35,179 nucleotides of DNA, taken from contig CAZGNH010000012.1 of NCBI GenBank assembly GCA_964527025.1, forward strand, positions 1 to 35,179, read 5' to 3'. The position numbers were made by a program, and so were the translations under genes. This document shows positions 20,685 through 27,856 of the stretch, in pieces; positions within the stretch are counted from its first letter, which is position 1; each line of letters starts with the position of its first letter. Origin of the DNA: an uncultured Chthoniobacterales bacterium. Lineage in GTDB: Bacteria; Verrucomicrobiota; Verrucomicrobiia; Chthoniobacterales; Terrimicrobiaceae. The notes under the pieces are model-generated. The model was not told the origin of the DNA and ran no database searches. It saw only the letters and a program-made list of their open reading frames with translations.

Positions 20685-21623
20685 CGCGCCATCTTCGCGA
20701 TGGACGGCTACTGCGTCTGGGACCCCTCGCTGGTCACGGACGCGGAAGGCAAGCACCATCTCTTCTTCTCGCGCTGGCCGGTCAGCGCGGGTTTCGAAGC
20801 CTGGGTCACGCATTCCGAGGTCTGCCGCGCCACGGCGGAGACGCCCTTGGGGCCGTACCGATTCGCGGAGGTCGTGCTGCCGAAGCGCCCCGGCTACTGG
20901 GACGGCGATGTGACCCATAATCCGAGCGTCCAGTGCTTCGGCGACCGGTATTATCTTTACTACAACGGGAACCAGAGCGACGGCGGGTGGTGGGACCACC
21001 GGAACAACCAGCGCGTCGGCGTGGCGCTCGCGGATCGGCCCGAAGGACCATGGACCCGCTTCGACAAGCCGCTGCTCGACGTGACGCGCAGCGCTTGGGA
21101 CGCCAAGGTCACGACCAACCCCTCATGCGCGCAGACCCCTAATGGCCGCTATATCCTCGTGTACAAGGGTGTCGGCGACCGGCTACCGCCGCCGAAGTAC
21201 GGTCCGGTCCTGCACGGCGTCGCTTTCGCCGAACGGCCAGAGGGGCCCTTCGTGAAGCACCCCGATCCGATCTTTGCCACTGCGGATGCCGCCTTTCCCG
21301 GCGAAGATCCGTTCGTCTGGTGCCAGGACGGCCGCTACCACGCGCTGCTCAAAGATCAGGCTACTTACTATTCGCCCTCGCATAGGGCGATCGTGCGGTT
21401 TGAGTCGAAGGACGGACTCCATTGGAACTTGGCGGAGCCAGCGCTTTTCCAGGAGAAGGCCCTCCTCCATGCGAACGGCCAGCGCGAAGAGGTGCATCGG
21501 CTGGAACGGCCCTTCCTGTATTGCACGGCGGACGGGCCGGAGATCTTCTTCTGCGGTGTGAAACCGAGTGCCGACCGCCACGATTCCGTCATTGCCGCCA
21601 TGTCGCTGAACCCCCGAAAATAG
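20649..21623 (+). CDS. Five-bladed beta-propeller glycoside hydrolase (clan GH-F, GH43/GH117-like), no signal peptide
   Basis: CVWDPSLV (candidate catalytic Asp), FPGEDPFVW (candidate catalytic Glu), [24 protein letters not shown] 6 nt upstream of ATG 20649. Confidence 0.7.
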   Translation: MKPSITMKPSITRAIFAMDGYCVWDPSLVTDAEGKHHLFFSRWPVSAGFEAWVTHSEVCRATAETPLGPYRFAEVVLPKRPGYWDGDVTHNPSVQCFGDRYYLYYNGNQSDGGWWDHRNNQRVGVALADRPEGPWTRFDKPLLDVTRSAWDAKVTTNPSCAQTPNGRYILVYKGVGDRLPPPKYGPVLHGVAFAERPEGPFVKHPDPIFATADAAFPGEDPFVWCQDGRYHALLKDQATYYSPSHRAIVRFESKDGLHWNLAEPALFQEKALLHANGQREEVHRLERPFLYCTADGPEIFFCGVKPSADRHDSVIAAMSLNPRK

Positions 21624-21837
21624 GGGTCACAAAAAACAGGTGCCAGGCTGATATTTGTGACAATCACTGCCATTTCTCAGAGCCTGTTATGCACTTTGGC
21701 GTTTCTCTGCGTTATTCGTTCGGCCAGTGTGATGTGCATACAGGCACCTGGCTCGCGTCTTGAGAATCGCCAAAATCCTCTCCTGCAAATGCCCGCCAAA
21801 TTGTATGACAGGCTCTAAACTCTTTTATCCACAACTT

Positions 21838-21886
21838 CCTGCTTTTTCCTGCTTTTTGGATACCTGCTTTGACATTGCCCCTGCTT
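21838..21886. repeat. Four direct copies of CCTGCTTT within 49 nt, upstream of the fasciclin gene
   Basis: Copies at 21838-21845, 21848-21855, 21863-21870 and 21879-21886 (spacing 10, 15 and 16 nt), inside the 412-nt AT-rich non-coding region 21624-22035. Confidence 0.5.
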
Positions 21887-22035
21887 TCTTCTTGTCAAAG
21901 TCGACCTCTCACCAGCTTGATCCCCGCAAATTGTGTGAAGAACCAAAAATTTTAGTTTTTTAAATCCACTTGGGTCATTTGGGCGAATACCCTGGTTGAG
22001 GTTCAAAACATTCGACACCTTAAACAAAACAAAAT

Positions 22036-22800
22036 ATGAAAATCGTAAAAATTATTTCACTCGTGACGCTCTGTGTCGGGCTGATTGGTCAGGATGCACA
22101 TGCGCAAGATAAAGACATCGTTGATACAGCAGTAGGTTCCGGAAGTTTCAATACCCTGACCGCTGCCGTGAAGGCGGCAGGACTGGTTGATGCACTTAAG
22201 AGCGAGGGACCCTACACTGTCTTTGCTCCCACCGACGAGGCGTTTGCCAAGCTGCCGGAGGGAACCGTTGAGGACCTGCTCAAACCGGAAAACAAGGAGC
22301 AATTGATTGACATCCTCACTTACCATGTGATCAAGGGAAACGTTCCCGCTTCTGTCGCCACTAATTTGAAGCAGGCCACTGCCTTGAACGACAAAGTGAT
22401 TGCCGTGAAACTCACCGGTGATGGCTTGTTCCTGAACCAGTCCCGGGTGGTAAAAACGGACATCACGGCTACCAATGGCGTCATCCATGTGATCGACCAG
22501 GTCCTCTTGCCGCCGGCTGCAGCGGGGGAAAGCATGGGTTTTAAGGACAGTCGTGAGCTTATCCAAGCCGCGATAGCCATAGGTGTTCCGATGTATAATC
22601 ATGGAAACACCAAAGGGTGTGCTGCCGTCTACCAGCTGGCGGCCCGCGCTCTTCTTTCAATGCCTGATACCCAGGTGACGGAAAGCCAGAAAAAGTGTAT
22701 TCAAGCGGCTCTCATGAAAGTGAAAAATTCATATAGTAACTCGGACAATGCGTGGACTTTACGCGATGTTTTTGATGGCATGATGGCTGCAGACAATTAG
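22036..22800 (+). CDS. Secreted fasciclin (FAS1) domain protein with an uncharacterised ~90-aa C-terminal helical domain
   Basis: Signal peptide MKIVKIISLVTLCVGLIGQDAHA. FAS1 blocks DIVDTAV, FNTLTAAVKAAGL, YTVFAPTDEAF, LTYHVI and TNGVIHVIDQVLLP. Confidence 0.9.
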   Translation: MKIVKIISLVTLCVGLIGQDAHAQDKDIVDTAVGSGSFNTLTAAVKAAGLVDALKSEGPYTVFAPTDEAFAKLPEGTVEDLLKPENKEQLIDILTYHVIKGNVPASVATNLKQATALNDKVIAVKLTGDGLFLNQSRVVKTDITATNGVIHVIDQVLLPPAAAGESMGFKDSRELIQAAIAIGVPMYNHGNTKGCAAVYQLAARALLSMPDTQVTESQKKCIQAALMKVKNSYSNSDNAWTLRDVFDGMMAADN

Positions 22801-22810
22801 ATTTCACGCT

Positions 22811-23395
22811 GTGCCCGTGAGTCAAAAACTGCTCCCAGATGCTTCCGAAGGACCTTTTCTTCCTCATGTGGCATGTGGCGAGTCCTGGGCAATGCAACAA
22901 TGCGTGCACGCCTACGGGAATCTGGTTTGGAGTATTGTGCGCAAGTATCTGGGCAACCACCACGAGGCTGAAGATGTCGTCCAGGAAACGTTTGCTGCTT
23001 TATGGAAATCAGCCGGGCGTTTCAATGGTTCGCTTGCGGCAGAACCGACATTCGTCGGTCTGTTGGCCCGCCGCCGATCCATCGATTGGCTGCGCAGGAA
23101 AGGAAGGCAACCGGAGATGCTACCGATGACGGATGATCTTGAGGAAGCGTATTTCTACAAGCAATCCCCCGATCAGGCCCTTGACGGACGGCTTGTTATG
23201 GAGACGTTGACCACGCTGGGAGATGAACTCTACTCGTTATTTAAGCTTCATTTTCATGATGGGCTTTCCCATCAGGAAATCGCCGGGCAATTGCAGATCC
23301 CCCTGGGCACTGTCAAGACACGGCTTCGGCAGGGGTTGATCGAATTGAAAAGGCGGGTGACGGGTAAAAATGATGGAGGAGGGATGAAGCGATGA
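22811..23395 (+). CDS. ECF-type RNA polymerase sigma factor (sigma-70 family, group 4)
   Basis: Region 2 AEDVVQETFAALWK. Region 4 HTH LSHQEIAGQLQIPLGTVKTRLRQGL. A GTG start at 22811 or 22817 is required to retain the conserved N-terminal helix (ATG 22892 would truncate it). The stop overlaps the next gene's ATG (ATGA). Confidence 0.85.
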   Translation: MPVSQKLLPDASEGPFLPHVACGESWAMQQCVHAYGNLVWSIVRKYLGNHHEAEDVVQETFAALWKSAGRFNGSLAAEPTFVGLLARRRSIDWLRRKGRQPEMLPMTDDLEEAYFYKQSPDQALDGRLVMETLTTLGDELYSLFKLHFHDGLSHQEIAGQLQIPLGTVKTRLRQGLIELKRRVTGKNDGGGMKR

Positions 23396-24150
23396 CTAAC
23401 GCACCACACAACGATCACGAGCGCTTTGAATTGCTGGAGGCTGGACGCGCCCTTGGCGATCTCACCACCGATGAATACAAGGAGTGGGAAAAACTGTCGG
23501 CGAAGTGCGGTTCAGATCAGGCATATGAAATGGACTACGCCGCCCTGGTTGGAACATTGGAAAGAGAATTTACACCCTCCGGGTCAATGCCTGGAAAGGT
23601 AAAATCTGCCTTGCTCGAAGCAGCAACTCTCTCCGGTAAAAAGGTCGTCACACAAGGACCATGGGTGCAACGCTTCGGCGGTTGGGCATTGGCTGCATGC
23701 CTGGCTGTCGTCGCAGGGATCTCATTCCTGCAGAAAAACGATTTACCAGGCGGCCAAACTCTGTTGGCGCAGGTTCAACGGCAAAATGATGTTGTCCGTG
23801 TCGAGTTCCAAGGTGACGATCAGTATCCCGGAGTGACCGGGCAGGCGTATTGGAGCGATCATCTGCAAAATGGGGTGATCGTTCTGCAGGGACTTCCCGC
23901 CAATGAGCCATTACGCAGCCAATACCAGTTGTGGATCGTTGACAAGAATCGTGACCGATATCCGGTGGATGGAGGCGTCTTTAATTACGCTGGACGGGAC
24001 GGATCAACGATTATTTCCATTGATGCCAAGTTGCGGGTGGATACCCCGGAAGGATTTGTCATCACCGAGGAACTCCCGGGTGGGGTCGTTGTTTCCAGGC
24101 AGGATCGCGTGGTCGCCGTTGCCCTGGTCAATCAAGCGAAAGAGGGATAA
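23392..24150 (+). CDS. Membrane-anchored anti-sigma factor, RskA (anti-sigma-K) family
   Basis: One transmembrane segment WALAACLAVVAGISFL. Extracytoplasmic C-terminal block YQLWIVDKNRDRYPVDGGVF...ITEELPGGVV is typical of the RskA C-terminal domain. Translationally coupled to the ECF sigma gene. Confidence 0.8.
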   Translation: MTNAPHNDHERFELLEAGRALGDLTTDEYKEWEKLSAKCGSDQAYEMDYAALVGTLEREFTPSGSMPGKVKSALLEAATLSGKKVVTQGPWVQRFGGWALAACLAVVAGISFLQKNDLPGGQTLLAQVQRQNDVVRVEFQGDDQYPGVTGQAYWSDHLQNGVIVLQGLPANEPLRSQYQLWIVDKNRDRYPVDGGVFNYAGRDGSTIISIDAKLRVDTPEGFVITEELPGGVVVSRQDRVVAVALVNQAKEG

Positions 24151-24199
24151 GCCTTGAAAGGAGAATGGAATCGGGCCGGTTGGTGCCCCGACGCTGCTT

Positions 24200-24667
24200 T
24201 CACAACCTGTTTAGGGCAGTTTCAGTTTTGAGCCGCCCGGCACGAATGGCTTTGTGGATCGTGTTGGGTAACACCCCAAGCTGTGCCCCAATGGCGGGAA
24301 CCCCCATTCCCGCATCCAGCAACTCTTGAACTTCCTCCAGGCGTTGTGCCGTCAGCTTATGGCCCTGCTGCGGCTTGGCCGGGCGAAAGAATCCCGCCGC
24401 CCCTTGTTTCCGCATTTTTTTACACGCTCGCTTCCCGCTGACCAATGGCACGCCAAAGGCCCTCGATACTTCACTTTGCGAGGCGTTGCCGTTGGCGATG
24501 AGTTGGCTGGTAAAAAACCGGAACGAACCAAGGTCATCCACCGGGTGACTGAAGACCGGAAGATGCCCGTTGAAATACCATACGGTGCCTTTCCTCTCCT
24601 GAAAGGCTAACTCGCTGGTAATGGGCGTGCTATTGGGTGGAAAAATTGGCAGTTGAACTTGCGGCAT
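24200..24667 (-). pseudogene. HTH protein resembling the N-terminal DNA-binding part of an IS transposase (possibly ISKra4-like); DDE catalytic part absent
   Basis: MPQVQLPIFPPNSTPITSELAFQERKGTVWYFNGHLPVFSHPVDDLGSFRFFTSQLIANG..., followed by two HTH-like segments (SQSEVSRAFGVPLVSGKRACKK; VPAIGAQLGVLPNTIHKAIRAG). I recall this architecture only as the N-terminus of longer transposases. The ORF stops after 155 aa. Confidence 0.4.
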
Positions 24668-24735
24668 CCCTCTACTTCAACCCAAGACCCAAAATTCTTC
24701 AACCCGTTCATTCCTTTTCCTCACCCTCGTCCCTT

Positions 24736-25049
24736 TCACCCTAACAGGTCAGGATGTCTGAGGGTGCCGGTTTTGCACTGGGGGCATTGGCGCAGGTTAA
24801 CTCCGTAAACCCGTTCGATGCGTTCGGTTGCGGTCTCGGTGTCGGGCGGGGGCGCGGTCTGCCCGATGAGTTCCCGGATGCGGGCCACAGCCTGTTTGCG
24901 CACGGCATTGCCCAGATAGCCATAGTGCAGGACACTGGTGAAACCAAGCTATCCCTCAAAACCGTGCCGTGGATCGCGTCCGAAGGTGTGCTGGGTTTTG
25001 ACGACGCTTTGGAACAGCAGGGTGTAGCAGGTCATCTTGTTTTCCAGGA
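24736..25049 (-). pseudogene. IS91-family (rolling-circle, Y2/HUH) transposase remnant with in-frame stop and large internal deletion
   Basis: My minus-strand translation is ...MTCYTLLFQSVVKTQHTFGRDPRHGFEG*LGFTSVLH | YGYLGNAVRKQAVARIRELIGQTAPPPDTETATERIERVYGVNLRQCPQCKTGTLRHPDLLG*. The first part matches the LLFxA...G.DP.HLGA.xGFTAVLHTWG block and the second matches the RHYG(L/F)L(A/S)N...CPxCG C-terminus. The catalytic HxH/YY core between them is missing, and there is a TAG at 24949-24951. Confidence 0.6.
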
Positions 25050-27764
25050 TTATGGTTCCGCTGTGACACGAAGACGCATGAAACGTTTTAACACGTCATC
25101 CGACGAGATATTGTCACGGACCTTCAACAAAGTAGGAGTATTTACAAGAACGGTGACGTTTTGAGACCATTCCGAGAGGTCACCGCCCACCTCTACTGTG
25201 TAGGTTATATCGGGTTGCTGAGCCAAGCGGTTGATGGTTAGTGTCAGATAACCTTTTCCTTCATGATTTTCGAGGTATGCCATGGGTAATGCCATGGAAT
25301 CGGCAATCAACGGATCGGTCCCCAGGGCATACTCGATGAGATTCGCGATCCCATCCGTATCAAAGTCATAATCATCCGCCGCGGTGCCGGCGTTCTCCGT
25401 GGTGCCGAAATATGACAGCCGCCAGTTTTGCAGCGCGGTGAGCGCGGTGGCGCTGGCGGTGGCCGGGCTGGATTCCCCGCCCGAGGAATAGGCGCTCACC
25501 CGGTAATAATAAAGCGTGCCGGCCACGGCGGTGGTGTCCGTGAAGGTGCCGGTGTTGGCCGCCGTGGTGCCGATCTCCTCGAAACCCGAGTCCAGGAACA
25601 AACTGCGCTGGATGCGGAAGCCGGTTTCATCCGACGAGGCGTCGGTCCAGGTCAGGGTGATCTGGGTGGAGGAGTTTGCCGTTGCAACCAGATTGGTCGG
25701 AGGCAGCGGAACGGCAGAGGGCAACGTGTAGTTGATGAAGAGCGTGGGCGCGATCGATCTTCCAGCCACCGCCTGGACCCCGCTGTCCACTGAATCTTTG
25801 CTGTCAAAGTTGGCGTTGGGATTTGTCCAGCTGGCGCCCGTGTTCACCAGCACCATCGAATGTTCCACATTGCCAGAGGAAAACATGGCCGGGTCCAGTG
25901 CGAAGTCGGCCGGGCGCCCGTTTTTGTAATTCCCCTTCTGTTGATGGCGGAGATAAAGGCCGGAGGTGTCGGTCGTCGGGCGATTGTTGAACGTGAGCTC
26001 GGACTCGCTCCACTCCCCCACCGCCCGGAAGACATCGAAACTGTTGGAGCCGTTGGCCTGCGCCTGGTTTTGGTTGTCATACATTCGTAAAGTGACCGAT
26101 TGGACGACCGCCCCGGCAGGCAGAGAATTCACCGAGAATTTGAGATAATTGAAGTAGCCTGACGCGATGAGTAAATCAATTTTGCCGTAATTAGTGTCAG
26201 GAAAGCTACTCCGCACATAAGCATCCTCGGAAACGATTACCGCGATTTGTGCCTGCCCCGCGGGTACGGGCGGAGTCGGATCTGGCAGGAAGGTCTGGTT
26301 GTCCCCGCCGGTCGGCTGCTGCGGAACGGGGTGGGTATCGGTGCGGAACGGGTTGACCGGCAGGCCTTCGGCGCTGCAGAGGTTCGATTGCGGCGCCTGG
26401 ATGAAGTTGTAGCGGATGTGGACGGGGTTGGCCACGTTCGGCGAACGGACCTGGATCCGGTTGCCGTTCACAATGCTGGCGGTCGCGTTGCGAAACCGGA
26501 GGTCGTCGCCGGCCAGCATGAACCCATTGACTACGGACTGCGTGTAATACCCGTCCACCTTGAGCCCGTTCGGAGCATCGTGGAATTCGATGGTCACGGT
26601 GTCGCCCTCGACGGTGTGACTTTTGTAGGAGGGGCTTTTATAGAGGACCTCCTCGCCGTAGGCCAAGGCCCGCGCGGCCAATCCGAAGCGGTCGCCGATG
26701 GGTTTTTTGTCGGTCGGGTGGATGTTGAACCACTCGAACAGGGCGTCGATCGTGACGATCTCGGCGGTGTTGGGCGTGTTGTTGACCGCCTTCGTCACGG
26801 CTTCCCGCATGTAGCGCCAATTCACAAGCCCCTTGTAGTCGAGACGGTCCCAAAATTGTGAAAAACTCGGCAATTGCGCGATGAGAAAGGTCAGATCCTG
26901 GCCGGACTTGTCCCGCCAGTCGGCGATCAGCGTCTGGAGGAGTTGATCGTAGATGGCGTATTGGCCGGCGTTGGACTCCCCGTGGACCCACATCGCACCC
27001 TTCGCGGAAAACGGGATCAACTCCCGCACATACAGATCGTAATTGAAACCATTCGTGTGCGTTTCCTTGGTTGCCGCATCTGGGTGCGCCGGCAGCCCCG
27101 AAGCGTCCATCGCTTCCGCGGAGGTGTAGGATTGGATCGGGACACCCCCGGTCGCGGTTTGCACGATGGCGACCGGGACATTGTATTGCTCGTGCAGGTA
27201 TTTGGCGAAGTGAAGGCCGACGATGGACCACCGCTGATTGTTGGGTCTCGCTGAAAGCGGGGCCGCCTTGACCCATCGGGTGGACTTGACACCGTTTGTC
27301 ACGGACTGTTCATAGAAACGGATCTGGCCTCCGAAATCATAGGTCTGCAGCATATCAAAGGTCTTGTCATCAATATCCTGGCCGACATGCCAGGCCATGT
27401 TGGACTGTCCGCCGGCCAGCCAGACCTCGCCGACCAGAACGTCGGTGAATGTCTTGGTGGAGGCCGATCCTGCGACGGTGAGGGTCTGACCTGTCGCATT
27501 GGCCGGCATGGCGGGTAGCTGGACCGACCAGTCCTCGACCGCGACCGTCGTCTCCACCGAGGCGTCCCCGAAAGTGACCGTGATGGTGTCGCCGGCAAAA
27601 CTCTTGCCCCAGATATTGACCGGCTTGTCCCTTTGCAAAATCATTTCATTGGCAAAGATGGGCGGCAGGGTCAGGGAGGTTGTAGCGGCCGGGCTGGAAA
27701 ACACGGGGACCATCATTCCTAATAGGGCGATCCAAGTCTTGATGCTTGACGATAGGTAATGCAT
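25050..27764 (-). CDS. Secreted SASA-family O-acetylesterase + DNRLRE/CBM96-like + FN3 + Asp-rich/beta-sandwich tail (extended paralog of 4571-6652)
   Basis: GEVWLAGGQSNM and NIHPTDKKPIG. YLKFSVNSLPAGAVVQSVTLRMYDNQNQ. FN3 PTNLVATANSSTQITLTWTD...YYYRVSAY. Tail QNWRLSYFGTTENAGTAADDYDFDTDGIANLIEYALGTDP. Start is ATG 27764 (MHYLSSSIKTWIALLGMMVPVFS) or GTG 27776. Confidence 0.85.
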   Translation of the reverse strand: MHYLSSSIKTWIALLGMMVPVFSSPAATTSLTLPPIFANEMILQRDKPVNIWGKSFAGDTITVTFGDASVETTVAVEDWSVQLPAMPANATGQTLTVAGSASTKTFTDVLVGEVWLAGGQSNMAWHVGQDIDDKTFDMLQTYDFGGQIRFYEQSVTNGVKSTRWVKAAPLSARPNNQRWSIVGLHFAKYLHEQYNVPVAIVQTATGGVPIQSYTSAEAMDASGLPAHPDAATKETHTNGFNYDLYVRELIPFSAKGAMWVHGESNAGQYAIYDQLLQTLIADWRDKSGQDLTFLIAQLPSFSQFWDRLDYKGLVNWRYMREAVTKAVNNTPNTAEIVTIDALFEWFNIHPTDKKPIGDRFGLAARALAYGEEVLYKSPSYKSHTVEGDTVTIEFHDAPNGLKVDGYYTQSVVNGFMLAGDDLRFRNATASIVNGNRIQVRSPNVANPVHIRYNFIQAPQSNLCSAEGLPVNPFRTDTHPVPQQPTGGDNQTFLPDPTPPVPAGQAQIAVIVSEDAYVRSSFPDTNYGKIDLLIASGYFNYLKFSVNSLPAGAVVQSVTLRMYDNQNQAQANGSNSFDVFRAVGEWSESELTFNNRPTTDTSGLYLRHQQKGNYKNGRPADFALDPAMFSSGNVEHSMVLVNTGASWTNPNANFDSKDSVDSGVQAVAGRSIAPTLFINYTLPSAVPLPPTNLVATANSSTQITLTWTDASSDETGFRIQRSLFLDSGFEEIGTTAANTGTFTDTTAVAGTLYYYRVSAYSSGGESSPATASATALTALQNWRLSYFGTTENAGTAADDYDFDTDGIANLIEYALGTDPLIADSMALPMAYLENHEGKGYLTLTINRLAQQPDITYTVEVGGDLSEWSQNVTVLVNTPTLLKVRDNISSDDVLKRFMRLRVTAEP
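25720..27674 (-). repeat. Right arm of the ~2 kb inverted paralogous repeat (partner 4670-6635)
   Basis: See the left arm. The proteins align end to end from (E/S)LTLPPIFANEMILQRDKPVNIWG to APTLFINYT(V/L)P. Confidence 0.9.
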
Positions 27765-27856
27765 AGGTAACAACACTACCCTGACACAAATATGCTACAA
27801 CCAATTTTTTTATTGAAGGCACCGCCTCAATAGCCGTTCGGCCCCCTTTCTGGTAA

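Noticed and set aside
21626-21745. Inverted repeats just after the GH43-like stop: GTCACAAA/TTTGTGAC (21626-21633 / 21654-21661) and GCCTGTTATGCAC/GTGCATACAGGC (21682-21694 / 21734-21745)
   Set aside because: The stems are short or bulged, the loops are long (20 and 39 nt), and no U-tract follows. They could be a weak terminator or an island-end relic, but the evidence is too thin to call a structured RNA.
21760-22027. Small ORFs (67 aa on the plus strand, 70 aa on the minus strand) in the AT-rich spacer upstream of the fasciclin gene
   Set aside because: No Shine-Dalgarno sequence, no recognisable motif, and the two overlap each other. The region behaves as a non-coding leader. A small protein or sRNA cannot be excluded without data.
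24754-25164. 136-aa plus-strand ORF and 72-aa minus-strand ORF (24741-24959) from the ORF track
   Set aside because: Neither frame gives recognisable sequence. A third frame on the minus strand, interrupted by a TAG, gives clear IS91-family transposase blocks. These tracked ORFs are therefore by-products of the pseudogene region and of the 3' end of the esterase gene.
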